Shown here: piece after piece, positions 36,374 to 50,412 of the stretch
Layout of the letters: each line of letters opens with the position of its first letter
Numbering within the stretch: the first letter of the stretch is position 1
Source of the DNA: Chrysomallon squamiferum
Lineage: Eukaryota; Animalia; Mollusca
NCBI GenBank assembly: GCA_012295275.1
Contig: CM022679.1
Span: 30,194,001-30,258,000, forward strand
DNA length: 64,000 nt
Reading direction: 5' to 3'
The notes under the pieces: generated by a model
What the model was told of the DNA's origin: nothing
The model's input: the letters and a program-made list of their open reading frames with translations, nothing else
Database searches by the model: none
Position numbers and translations under genes: made by a program

Positions 36374-36383
36374 CTTATCCTGC

Positions 36384-36425
<42 letters not shown>

Positions 36426-36428
36426 GGG

Positions 36429-36510
<82 letters not shown>

Positions 36511-37120
36511 CTAAAGTAATGAACCAACTAAGTAAATAAAAATAAGAATTAATTTAAATAAATAGATAAATATAAATATAAGATTATGAGCAAGCAAACA
36601 AACAAACAAATAAACAAATAAATAAATAAATAAATAAAAAAACCAAGATGTAAAAGATTATAAACAAAGAAAAAGAAAACATAAAATAAATTAATTAATA
36701 ATTATAAGAATATATATATATATGAATTAAAATTTTTTTTCGATACGTTCTTAAATAAATAATTAATACTAACAGTTAGCAACAATAACAAGAGCAAAAC
36801 AATACTGATGATAATAAAAATAAAAATAATAGTATTAGAGGTTATGGTAACAACAATAATAAAATATTTTTTGACATTTGTACAAATAATAAAGAACCAT
36901 TTTAAATTCTGCTAAGAACATAAAATCTTTAATTACTGAAATTACTGAAAATTAATAATATAATTAGTGAAAGAATAAATTAGTAAAAAAAAAAAAAAAT
37001 AATAATAAATAAATACAAAATATAAAAATATAAAAATGCAAGACATCATTAGTGAATTAGTGAATTTTAATTTAATAATAACAAATGAAAATAAACATTG
37101 TACCTAAATACATTATTTAA

Positions 37121-37174
<54 letters not shown>

Positions 37175-37505
37175 TAATTAATAAATAAATTAATTAATAT
37201 ATAATTAACACATAAACATACAATAATAATCCCAAAACATTAATATTAAGAAAAATTCCATGAAAAACAAAAATAAATTATAATGATTAATTGCCCATAA
37301 AATATTTCATCTTCTTTTTCTTCTTCTTCTTCTTCTTCTTCTTATTATTATTAAATTAATTTATTTCGTAATCTTCTTACATTTGACATGATATAAACAA
37401 ATTAACAAATAAAATAAATAAATAAATAAATAAATAATCGAAATATCTGTAAGATCAGAGAGAGGATAAAATGAAAAAAAAAAAAACAAAAATCTAATTA
37501 TTTAA

Positions 37506-37546
<41 letters not shown>

Positions 37547-37819
37547 TTATTTAAACTTAAATTCAAAAAAAAAAAAAAAATAAAATAAATAAATCCACAT
37601 AATCAGGTAACACTGAACTAAGAATTTCATATATCACAGCTTCGAACCACTCTTTACGTACTATTCCAAATATATATATATATATAAATGACCGAATATC
37701 CATTAAAAAAATGTAAAATACCAGAACTAAACGTACATGCATTCCCATTCGCATCAACACTTTACAAACTGACCGACTACATATCCACAGCGCCGCACCT
37801 GCAACTACGACGTGTTCGG

Positions 37820-38120
37820 TGAAAAGAAAAACTAAAACATCTGACAAACTTGTGAAACTTACTATTACCAAGAAACCGCTTTCAGAGAAGCAAACAAAAC
37901 CGAAACTGAAATGTCTAAGATTGCTCTTCTGCGAATGAAGTTTCTGCGAATGAAGTTTCTACGAAAGGCTGAGTATTGGCTTCAGTTTCGTCTTCACGGG
38001 GTTCCGTGAAAATGAAGTGTGATTGGATGACTAATGTCACATAACCACGTGACATACAAATGACGACATTACGAAACTGATTTTGGTTCTTCGGTATTAT
38101 GATGAATTGAAAATGAAACA
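37820..38120 (-). promoter_or_regulatory. Proximal IRF regulatory cluster: five GAS-like (TTCN3GAA) and several ISRE-like motifs
   Basis: TTCAGAGAA 37881, TTCTGCGAA 37927 and 37942, TTCTACGAA 37957, TTCCGTGAA 38002; GAAACTGAAA 37902-37911; GAAAATGAAAC 38109-38119. Confidence 0.65.
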
Positions 38121-38170
38121 GCAGAATACTGATTTTAAGATAACACATACATATATATAAATATAAAAAA

Positions 38171-38253
<83 letters not shown>

Positions 38254-38504
38254 TCTTATCTGTGTTCAAAGATAGCCGAAATGACACGAAAACAGCTGTA
38301 TCATGATAAAAACTCAAATTTTAATATGCACTATGCCAAATATTTAAACGTTGTTTATTAAAAAAAAACAACAACAAACAATAAGTTTCAAATTGTAACT
38401 GAAAAAGATGCGTTTTTGTATGTTTATTTTATTTTATTTTGTTTTATTTTTTTTTCGTTTTTTTTGTCTGTTGATTGATGGGTTGTTTTTGTCTGTTGAT
38501 TTAG

Positions 38505-38535
<31 letters not shown>

Positions 38536-39469
38536 CTTAATCTATTTATATGCTGGGGTTTTTTTTGTTGTTTGTTGTTTTTGTTTTTTTCGTTACATAA
38601 AATTCGATTAATGAATGTTTGTTTTTGATTTTCTTGTTTTCTTTTTGTTGTTGTTGTTTCTTTGCTAATTTGTTTTAATTCTTATTATTTTTTTAACAGA
38701 CAAAGATTTTTAATTATTATTATCATTATTATTATTATTATATCGTCTCAAATTCAATGTCTGTAAATGGCTAGCTATGATAGTCAAAATACCATCATAA
38801 ACTGTTTCAACAGTGGTGAAAAAACAACATTGAGTTGATTGCGAAAACACTATCGTGTTGTTGTTTTGTAATAAAGTAGCAGAACTGAAATAACGTGTGT
38901 AAGTGTGTGTGTGTGTGGATAGATAGATGTATTAATTTTATTCATTTCAGAAAACTACTGTCACATAATCTAGGGACATTAATGAATATCTGCAAACCAG
39001 CTTTAGTAGAAATATTTAGAATTGTGTTGAATTGTGGATATTTTAATTTTCTGACTGATTTCAGTTCATACAATGAGCCGTGTGTAATACTGTTTATATT
39101 TATCTAATAGTACAGTTCTTTTTATCATCGGTGACGTTTCAATAAAAAAAATTATATTTTGTTCTACTTAGTTTTAAACATCAAAGCATCCAGTGGGTAT
39201 GTCAGATATATCAGAATCATGTAAGTATTTTGAATATTATAGAGCACAACCGTATTTTATTATTATTATTATTATCATTATTATTATTGTCTGTTGTCGT
39301 TATTATTATTTATTAATATATTTATTTATTTATTTTATTTTATTTAATTTTTTTTTGTATAGGTAAAGAAATATTTATTTTATTTTATTTTATTTTATTT
39401 ATTTATACTTAATTAAATTTCATTAGCAAATATTATTTCTTAGCAAATTGGCTTTTTCTGTTCTCTTTC

Positions 39470-39575
<106 letters not shown>

Positions 39576-40214
39576 CCTATTTTCCGATCAGCTAGTAAAA
39601 AATGTAACTAAATATGGTAATAATCTCGTAACTAAAATTGTATTTCCTGTTGTTTGTTTCTGCTGGTTTTTTTTCGGGTGGTTTTGGGGTTGTTTTTTTT
39701 GCTAGGAATTTTTCATAAAAGGAATTTACTTTTCTTTCTTTCTTTCTTAGTTTATAACCTGTCTTGTATGGAAATCCCTGGGGCACAGTAACGGTGTGCC
39801 CCAATTGCAGGTGTTGTATCATAAGAGGGCCAAAAATTACAGACGACCTTTTTGAATATATTTACAATGTTTATTCACATCTATCGCTCGAGCACTCACA
39901 ACAAACATCAACTTTCGCGGTCTTCTCCTAAAATACAACCGCAAACATGTCGAGTTCATGGACAAACGTAAACAAAACCGATTTTGCACGATATAAAAGT
40001 CATAATAAGCTTAACATAAGCGTATGTTTATGCTTCTTTTTTATTTAAATATTGCGTTTGAAACTGGAAATGGGCGACGCCATCTTTAAAAATACCGCAT
40101 AAAGCTGCTGTACAATAAAAAATATTGATTTTGAAGAAAAAAAAAAAAAAAAAAAAAAGAAGAAATTCCACATCGGCACGTGCGCTTTAGCAGTGGTGTG
40201 ATAAGTTTAAAATG

Positions 40215-40352
40215 CTGTCCGACTAGGCGGTCACAGTCTGTCCGCTGATCTGAGGGACAGATCTGTTGAAAAACAGTCGGAACTCGGAATCGTGTCCGTA
40301 ATTCATAGTTGGCCGCTCAACTCAAGGGCCGCTAAAGACAGGTTCCACTGTA
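40215..40352 (-). mobile_element. Terminal fragment of a Tc1/mariner (pogo/Tigger-type) non-autonomous element
   Basis: Ends ccgctaaagacaggttccactgTA, i.e. a TA-CAGTGGAACC-type terminus on the minus strand; second TIR not located. Confidence 0.45.
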
Positions 40353-40368
40353 TTCTATTAATATTCTC

Positions 40369-40400
<32 letters not shown>

Positions 40401-40402
40401 GC

Positions 40403-40447
<45 letters not shown>

Positions 40448-40898
40448 AATAAAAACTGTATATACAGTTTTGACTTTGAGAATGATATAATATTGCACTG
40501 TTATTAATTTGGAAAAGTTGTATAAACAGAATAAATTAAATTTTATTACAGTGTTTAAACATTTAACCTTTTTCATGTACTATTTTCATTATTACGTGAT
40601 TCCCAGATGTGACCTCTTTTTCGACCTTCAAGAAATAAGGTTTGATTGACCTTAAAATAGATATCTTATTACTCTTGGATTTTCCAAGTTTCTGTTTCTG
40701 TCGAAATAATTCCCAGTTTTAGTTTCCGTCGATATTAATTTTGGTTAAATCAGAAGTTATTTTTAGATCTGAGGTTTTCCCAGTTTTTGTTTCCTTAGTA
40801 CATTCCGCCAAACATCCGGTACACAACAGTTTTTGTCGCGAAGATTCATACGACTAGAGTTTTCTTTCTTTTCTTTTTTTCTTTTTCTTTTATTTATT

Positions 40899-40964
<66 letters not shown>

Positions 40965-40968
40965 TTAA

Positions 40969-41002
<34 letters not shown>

Positions 41003-41065
41003 TTAGAGATGGAATTTCTTTTCTTTAACATTTCTTAAATTTTTATTTATTTTTATTTTTATTTT

Positions 41066-41096
<31 letters not shown>

Positions 41097-41184
41097 AAAT
41101 ATTTTTAAAATGGTTAAATAGCAGAAATTAAATGTAACATTTTAAATCCGTATATTGTAGGAATTTATTTATAAAGAAACGTTT

Positions 41185-41217
<33 letters not shown>

Positions 41218-41287
41218 GTCATTATTATTATTATTATTTACTTACAAACTAACTTGTCTATTAGTTTCTCTTTTTTTTTTTTTTTTT

Positions 41288-41324
<37 letters not shown>

Positions 41325-41527
41325 GTTAAAAATAAATAAATAAAAACACAACCAGTATCATCTAAACGATTGTTTCCAACACAGTGGCGCCTTACATAGT
41401 TATAATATCAGTAAACTGAAACAGCGGATGCAAGTGGACAATTATTTAATAAACTGCCTAATTCCTTTTTGAACCACTGTTCAAAACAGCGAGATTCTGG
41501 TTACAGTTTAGGTCTGTATATGTGCGT

Positions 41528-41573
<46 letters not shown>

Positions 41574-41939
41574 TCTGCGTCCATTACAAAATTTCCTTTA
41601 AACAAATTTGTTGTTGAAATCCTTTATTTGTAAGTAAAGCAAAATCCTCGCTTCACACATTGCCCTGAGCTGACAAATGTTTATTGTTAATATTCAATCA
41701 CTCTTCAGTTGATGTAGTAATAAGTAAGTAGCCCGCCCTAAGAGCATCCTTTATATTTGTATAAAGCAAATGTATGTCATTTAATGTCTGTATTTTCGTC
41801 TGAAAATTACACACACACATGCAAACACGTGTACACAATCAAACAATCACACAGGAATAGATATTAGTTTGTAAGATGTTATTAAACATCTATAAATATC
41901 TATCGACATACCTACATATACATATAGCTACATAAATAT

Positions 41940-42296
41940 ATTACATACATACATAATACATACATACATCCATACATACATCATACATCCATAAATGCAT
42001 ACATGCATTCATCCATACATGCATGCATACATCCATCCATCCATCCATCCATCCATCCATCCATCCATCCATCCATCCATACATACATCCATCCATCCAT
42101 CCATCCATCATACATCCATACATCCATACATGCATACATCCATACATACATCTATACATCCATCATACATACATAATCCATACATGCATACATCCATACG
42201 TACATACATACATACATGCATACATCCATCCATCCATCCATCCATACATGCATACATGCATACATACATCCATCCATCCATCCATCCATACATACA
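41940..42296. repeat. (CATC/CATA)n tetranucleotide repeat
   Basis: Seen directly. Confidence 0.92.
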
Positions 42297-42416
42297 GTGA
42301 TACAGATGTCGACATGGTTTCACACATACCAAACCAAACGTCACCTCTACATTCAAGTGCACGTGAAACCGATAGCCACAGTCTAACGTTTCATTCTTTG
42401 CGTCACGTGAGTACAG

Positions 42417-42530
42417 CAGGGGTGGTCAAACTGCGGCTCGACGGCCACACCATTGCATACCACCCGTCAGGAATTTTCTACGAACAATAAACCCCATAAC
42501 ATTTTTAAATTTATAGTCGTCATTTCAATG

Positions 42531-42563
<33 letters not shown>

Positions 42564-42788
42564 CTCTGCGATAGTTAACTGGTCCCATTAGTGGTGAGGT
42601 GTTTGAATGTAATCTTACACTTGTTGATTTAAAAAAAAAAACGGGAAAAAAAAAAAATATAGATTTCATGTGTATTTTTTTTTTGTTCTTTATGGTCGTT
42701 CCTTTTCCACCTTAAAACTCAGTGTGGCCCACTTGTCAGTTTCAAAAACTCAGTGTGGCCCTTGAGCCAAAATGTTTGCCCACCTCTG
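42417..42788. mobile_element. hAT (Charlie-like) MITE
   Basis: TIRs CAGGGGTGGTCAAAC / GTTTGCCCACCTCTG; flanking 8-mers GAGTACAG and ATGTACAG (6/8, decayed TSD); subterminal gtggccc repeats. Confidence 0.7.
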
Positions 42789-43557
42789 ATGTACAGGGTT
42801 GGATTTAATGCGCTTGCCGCCCATAGGCTGAAGAAATTTTACCGCCCCCTCCTCAAGGCTCAAGCCCCCCCCCACCCTCACCCTTCCCACTTAGTTTATA
42901 TAATACGAATGGTTTATAACTTATGATCTAGTTGAAAGCAAAAACATGGTTTTATATTTATATACATAATGTTTTGTTTATAAATCAAATGTGAAAATAC
43001 TTTTGTCGTCTGATTGACTTGTCAGACATATTGTCGTCATTTGGGCGGAGTTAAGTAACCAAGTGACATCATTGGTATGAGTTTTATTTATTTTGTTTTT
43101 TGTTTCTTCCTTCTTATTATTTTTTTTTAAACGAGTATGTATATACACTCGTATACACACATACGCGCGCGTGCACACACACACACACACACGCACAAAC
43201 ATTCAGACAGTTATGAAGGGAAAATTTTCTCACACATATATACGTAGTAGTAATAATACAATTCAACCACATTTGTTCAAGCGTTGTATGCTGCACAATT
43301 TGAAAATTATTTAACAAAAATTATATTCGCTTAATATAATAATAATAATAACAACAACAACAATAATAAAATTGTTAATATGTGTGTTAACACACACACA
43401 CGCACACACACACAACCAAAGTAAAAAAAACAGAAACCTCTTATAAACCTCCGCTTTATAAATAAATTAAAGTAAAAACCTGATATCGGAAAATAGTAAC
43501 CAATTTCATTCACTACAAACAAGGAAACAGAAACAAAATGTTTATACTTACTCTTAC

Positions 43558-43730
43558 CGCTCGATTTCTTCGGCCCTTTTGGACTGTCATTTTTTCTGTT
43601 GTCGCGCACGTTCGTTCGTCGAGGCGTCGTTGCAGCAAATAACTGCCGCACGAGACACGACTTTGTTTTGAGCTGTATGTAAATTAGGGGAAGCCCGTTC
43701 CGGGAATCTCCTGTCATTTCCGCGAATAGC
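43558..43730 (-). promoter_or_regulatory. Distal IRF promoter (GAS + kappaB) and candidate alternative first coding exon MTVQKGRRNRA
   Basis: TTCCGGGAA 43698-43706 overlapping GGGAATCTCC 43702-43711; TTCCGCGAA 43718-43726; GGGGAAGCCC 43687-43696; CpG-rich. ATG at 43590, donor GCG|GTAAGA at 43558/43557, phase 0 and in frame with the IRF exon at 36379. Confidence 0.6.
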
Positions 43731-43886
43731 CTCGATCTGGATATGCGCACTGCGTCTGCTTACCGGCAAACACCGATAGATAGCAGAGCGGTTCGTTTGA
43801 TAACGAAAGCTTTCGTTTGCTTTTGCTAAATTATTCAACCGAATGAAATGTTACCTCGATGAGACATGACTAAAAATAATAATAAT

Positions 43887-43937
<51 letters not shown>

Positions 43938-43966
43938 AGTTTCACTAATTAAAGATTTTATTAACT

Positions 43967-44363
43967 ACAGTGGTAGTAGGGACACCTGATCGGCCGAGAA
44001 AAAAGTGTTTATAAAAAAAATTAAAAATATGTTAGAAATGATGCTGAATGTTACGTATCACATGGTTTGAACTGGCAGTATCTGGAAGGCTTGTTTTGAT
44101 TCGACAAAACCAACACTCCCTGTATGCACTTTGCAGAGCAGAGTAAGTGGGGTTGATCCTTTTCCATTCAACCTCATCTACAGACAAAAGGAAAAATAAA
44201 AATAAAAAATAATGTGTAGTGTATTCATTTCTGCATCAGTATACACAAACGTTATATGCATAGTGCTTATACTTTTGAAATGGCACCAGCAACTTTTTCT
44301 TTGACTGCATCAACCATTCAAATTGAGCTGCCGTTTTGCGTTTGGTATCTTCTTCTTCTGATC

Positions 44364-44401
<38 letters not shown>

Positions 44402-44963
44402 TCTCTCTTTGCCCTTTCTTCCTCCTTCCTCTTCTTCTCTGCCAACTCTTCTTCATACCTCTTGACACTTTCTTCTTCTGTCAGTGCCTCGGCATACCTC
44501 GTTCTCTTGATTTTTTTGAAGTTTGACAACCTGCCCCACCAGATGGACCGTGGACTTTCAACTGATTCGGTGATCTTAAATAAAACTCAGAATGGACTGT
44601 CTCAGTGCCAAAACTATTGATTTCACCACTACACATGAGGGCCAGATTTACCCAAAGTGGTGGAGTAAAATAAAACACAAACTCTTAGCCTAATTACCAC
44701 TTATTAATCAAGTTTCTTCTGCTGAACTTAATAACTGAATTTATGTTTACCTGTTATAAGATACCACTAACCTTATGTCTATAGAACCAACATGTGTAAT
44801 TGGCTGATTACCTACATCCTTTGTTCTAACGAGAGACAGGAAGGTCCTAATTATATCACCCAAGTTCCAGGAGTCTGAACAGAGCAGTATAGAGGCTGTA
44901 AGTTATTATACAGCCTGGGGGACAGAAATGTCCCTGGGTCGGACTTACCTCACCCCACCCTAT
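43967..44963 (-). mobile_element. Degenerate DNA-transposon remnant (pogo-like transposase C-terminus?)
   Basis: Frameshifted K/E-rich coiled coil (RGMPRH/LTEEESVKRYEEELAEKKRKEEE); right end cttacctcaccccacccTA resembles pogo-type termini. No DDE core seen. Confidence 0.35.
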
Positions 44964-45559
44964 AAAGTATGTTTATGTTTTTTTTTTGTGGGTTTTTTTA
45001 AAATATAGCATATGAAGCCCAAATAGAGCACCACTTTTCTACCTCAGATGTGTAGCATATTGTCCATTACTGACATATTAGCAACTTCAGGAAAGCTAAT
45101 ACAATTTTTTTTCTTCAGTTTTGTCGATGTTTTCCCGCTCAGTTCACAGACATCTGTTACATGAACACACACGTCAGACGTTTATAAATAAAAGAATGAC
45201 TAAATGAATTAATTCTGGGATTTTTTCTTTCGTCACCGAAATTATTTATTTAATTATTTTTAATTTCTTATTAATTTTTTTTTATTTTTATTTTTATTTT
45301 TTTAGTTTCTTATTTTATTTTATTTTTTTTTTAAATTCGTTTGTTTGTTTCTTATTTATTTATTTTTTTAATTTCTTATTTATTTTTTTAATTTTATTAT
45401 TTTATATAAATTAAATTTATTATTATTATTATTATTTTAATTTCTTTATTTATTTCTTATTTATTTATTTATTTATTTATTTATTAACAAACTAATTAAA
45501 TATTAATTCAGCTATTTCCCTAGTATGGGTTCTTTAAGGTTTTGATCGTATGTGCGCTT

Positions 45560-45895
45560 ACAGAAACAGACGTACAGAGACAGTTAGTAAAAGAAACAGA
45601 CGTACAGAGACAGTAAATGAAACAGACGTACAGAGACAGTTAGTAAAAGAAACAGACGTACAGACAGGAAAAGAAACAGACGTACAGAGACAGTAAAAGA
45701 AACAGACGTACAGACAGGAAAAGAAACAGACGTACAGAGACAGTAAAAGAAACAGACGTACAGAGACAGTTAGTAAAAGAAACAGACGTACAGAGACAGT
45801 AAAAGAAACAGACGTACAGACAGGAAAAGAAACAGACGTACAGAGACAGTAAAAGAAACAGACGTACAGAGACAGTTAGTAAAAGAAACAGACGT
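45560..45895. repeat. Minisatellite, 24-30 bp unit aaagaaacagacgtacagagacagt(tagt)a, about 12 copies
   Basis: Seen directly. Confidence 0.93.
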
Positions 45896-46360
45896 CAGTC
45901 GCTCATAGTAACAGACGCAGATGCATGCACGGCTGATTTGTCTCGCAAACACAAAATAATATCTTTTTTTAATATTTTTTTTTAAATTTATGCCATACGG
46001 TAAACAAGGTATTTCCAGTAAAAAATTACATATAATCTATTTTTGGTGTTTTGTGACCTTCGTTTTGCACGTAGACAAAAAAAAGTCGTCTAACCAAGAT
46101 TAACCGTAGTGGGATTTCCAGCAATTTCTGACTAACCGTTGACACGTCGATGACTTTCAGGAAAACATTGAGCATGCGCAAGGCTTTCGAGTGCATCCAC
46201 TGTTTCATTGGTAACATAAACCAGACATGATGAACCACTGATTAAATTCCTTTCACACGATTGCAAAAAATAAAAAATAAAAAATCGAAAAAAAAAAGGA
46301 AGAAAGATAAAATCGGATCCAAACATACCCGCATACAACAATAAAGATATCTTGTTGTTG

Positions 46361-46403
<43 letters not shown>

Positions 46404-47153
46404 TATTGTTGTTGTTGTTTTTGTCGTCATTATTGTTGTTGCTGCTGCTGCTTTAATTTTGCTTATGCTACTGCTACTACTTCTGCTATTACTACGAATA
46501 ACAACAACAACAACAATAATAATATTGTTATTGTTATAATTATTATACTTTTTACATTATCAAAGCTAATCGTAAAGTTTATAAAGACAATAATAAATCA
46601 GACTTCTTTTTATTTGTTTTATTTATTATGTTTTGTTTTTTAAATATTAAGAATTAAAAACTAAAACTTACCTCAGAGTTTTTAAAGTGCATGGATGGAC
46701 ATTCGTGTAATCCTAACGTTGGTGCAAACTAAATATTCCTCGCAGCGAATGAAAAATGCACATTAAGAAAAGAATATTTTTCAGTGTTCAAGCTGACGAA
46801 AGAAATTTAACGAAATCTGCATCACAGGTTAATGAACATAACACATCCAGGCGGGTTCTAGCATTTTAAATCCATTCCGAATGGTAACACTGTTTTAGGT
46901 GAATAACGAAAATAGGTCCTTCAGCTTCACTCCAACTATCAATATTTTCTAGAAATAAATTACTTTTGTTTCGGTTTTAAAACTATGGCCTAAAATATTC
47001 GTGATTTCTTCTAAGTGGGAGTAGTTTCAGTTTTTGTTTTAACTACAGAAAGTAGAGAGTTAGGATTTTATTCTTAATCTATTCTTTTGAACAGGAGGCA
47101 CAATATGGTTCATGTTTTGTGTAAGTGTAATTTTAATTTTTTGCATTTTATTT

Positions 47154-47185
<32 letters not shown>

Positions 47186-48004
47186 GATATACATTACTTT
47201 ATCATTATTGAAAATCAAAATTGTACCAGTGATTTCTTAAATATTTATTTATTCATTTATTTATTTATTTTTTATTTGTTTGTTTGTTTGTTTATTTATA
47301 AATAACAAACTTCAAATAAATAAACAGAATTGTTTATTTTATTTATTTTTTTAAAATACATTTGGTGAAAAAAAAAAAGGTTTCTTTATGCTTATACATT
47401 CTAAATAAATGAAAAAGAAGAGATGTCAACGTTTAAATTAAACTTTTTCAAGTTTATAAATAAATAAATAAATATTTAAACAACAACAACAACAAAGAAA
47501 TAATAAAATTATAATAATTATAATAATTAATAAATACATGTATGTATGTATGCTTGCTTTAAAAATGAATGAAATTAAATCGGTTAAAATGGTAAAAATT
47601 AACTTAAAAAATTATATATATATATATATATATGTATGTATTTATGGATATTCATATGTATGCATGTATGTATAATGCAAAACCATAAATAAATATATAA
47701 AATAAAATAAAATAAAATAATGAACTTAAAATTGAATAATAAAAAAAATCTTTTTAAGACGGTTTATACTGTTAAAAATTCAAAACTAATGCAAGAAAAA
47801 TGATGCAAGTAATAACAGACAGAAAGATAAACAGATAGACAAACAGAGAGAGACATACAGACAGACAGATGGAATATATTTTTAAAATATTGGGGGTGTT
47901 TTTTGTGGTTTCTTGGTGGGTTTAAAATGTTTTATTATTTTTATAGCAATATATTTACAACGGTGATTAGGATTATTATGCAAATACTGACAATGATAAT
48001 GGTG

Positions 48005-48063
<59 letters not shown>

Positions 48064-48990
48064 AGCGATACATAGGGTGCATTTCTTTTGTTAATTAATT
48101 AATTAATTTATTTATTTATTTATAATGTTATATCATTTCAATACAATTTCCGCCCGCATAAACAGCCATACTTGACATAAGTTTATTCAAGCGATTTTCC
48201 ACGAAGTCTAAAATTGTGTTAACGCCATATATGTATATATGTGTATATGCATGGATTGAAATGCATTTCAAAGAAAAGCTTTATGCGACCGCAGAAAAAC
48301 ACTTCCACGAAATTTGATAGCCGATTTCGTCCTTTTCAGCGAACAGTGTAGATATGCGATTAGCTACGACGGGACCGTTGTGTCAATATAATAAAAACAA
48401 CAACAACTACTACTACTACAGCAGTAACAGTAATGATAATGATAATTATTATGATGAAAATAATTACAACAACAATTATAATGATGATTAATTATGATGA
48501 TAATAATAATGATGATAATTATCATTATGACGATGATTATGACAGTAACAGCTACAACAACTGTATCGATTACAGTGATAATTATAATGACAATAATAAT
48601 ATTGCTGTTTTCGGACAGACTGTTCACGCACGTGTACAATGGCGATTGTGATCCGTTAAAATGTCGAAGCGACATTTTTAACAACAATAAAGATAAACAA
48701 CAAGCATTGTTTTAATATTACTACGTCATCGTTTGTTATACAACGAGTATTTTGACGGAGTTAAACGAAGTGTTAGAGGTTTGCCTAATATACAGGAATT
48801 TAACATAAATTATTTTCCAAAGAAGTAGCCAAAAAAAAAATATACGTAAAAATGCTTTACAATATATTGACGTTTGATGTGTTATTTTTCTTGGTAAAAT
48901 GAATTTTAAAATGCGACTTATACAATATGAATTTATTTATTCCTATATTTATTTTTTTATTTTAGTTTAGTTTAGTTTAGTTTAGTTTAG

Positions 48991-49021
<31 letters not shown>

Positions 49022-49039
49022 TATTTGTTTGTTTGTTTG

Positions 49040-50330
49040 TTTGTTTGTTTGTTTGTTTATAAAATAATAAACTTGAAATAAATGAAAAGAAAAAACAAAA
49101 AGTTTTTAATCTATAAATTCTAAATTATTTATTTACTTATTTATTTATTTGTTTGGTTGTTTGTTTATAAAATAATAACCTTGAAATAATTGAAAAGAAA
49201 AAACAAGAAGATTTTAGTCCATAAATTCTAAATTATTTATTTATTTATTTATTTAGTTGTTTAGTTTGTTTGTTTGTTTTATTAATTTATTTTCGTTCGA
49301 TTTTAATTTAATTTTAGCTTAGTTTATTTTACTTCATTTATTTAAATTAATTAATTTATTTCTTATTTCTATTCTATTTATTTATAAAATAATAAACTTG
49401 AAATAAATTCAAATGTTTTTAAAAAAAACAATTTTGAATAAAAAAAGGTTTTAATCTATAGATTCTAAATTATTTATTTAGTTATTTAGTTAGTTTGATT
49501 TTTTGTTTGTTTTATTGTTTTTATTTTAGTTCGATTTTAATTTGGTTTTAGTTTAGTTTAGTTTAATTTATTTCATTTCATTTATTTAAATTAATTAATT
49601 TCTTTCTTTCTTATTTTTTTATTTTATTTGTTTATTTATTTATTTATTTATAAAATAATAAACTTGAAATAAATAAAAATATTATAATTTTTTTTTTTAA
49701 ATGTTCTAAATCTATTGATTCGTAAATATTTCTTTCTTTCTTTCTTTCTTTCTTTATTTATTAGTTAGTTATTTAATTAGCTAGTTAGTTTAATTGTTTG
49801 TTTGTTTTATTTTCTTATTTTAGTTCGATTTTAATTTGTTAGTCGTTTGGTTTAGTTTAGTTTATTTCATTTATTTAAATTAATTAATTAATTATTATTA
49901 TTATTTTTATTATTATTTTTTTTTAAATTTAATTATTTATTTATAAAATAATTAACTGAAATAAAGAAAAAGAAAAAGGTTTTAAAAACTTCTGCTACTA
50001 TTACTGTTACCGCTGAAATTGCTGTTACTACTCTACGATAATAATGATGACAAGTATTATGATAAATAAATAAATAAAAGAAAGAAAGAACAAAATAAAA
50101 TAAATAAATAAATAAAACTGAATAAAGTAGAGTAATGTAATGAAAAAAAAAAAACAACTATTTAATCATTACTTTCTAAATTATTTATTTATTTATTGAT
50201 TTATTGACTTATTTACATAGTTAATTTGTTTGTTTGCTTGCTTTATTTATTGATTTTTTTTATTATTATACTTCGATTGTAATTTAATTTTTGTTTTAGG
50301 TGACTTTATTTCATTTATTTAAATTAATTA
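49040..50330. repeat. Degenerate AT-rich tandem repeat
   Basis: Recurring ataaaataataaacttgaaataaa..ttctaaattatttattt..ttcgattttaattt blocks, 4-5 copies. Confidence 0.65.
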
Positions 50331-50377
50331 ATTAATTAATTTTTTATTTTATTATTTTAATTAATTAATTAATTAAT

Positions 50378-50412
<35 letters not shown>

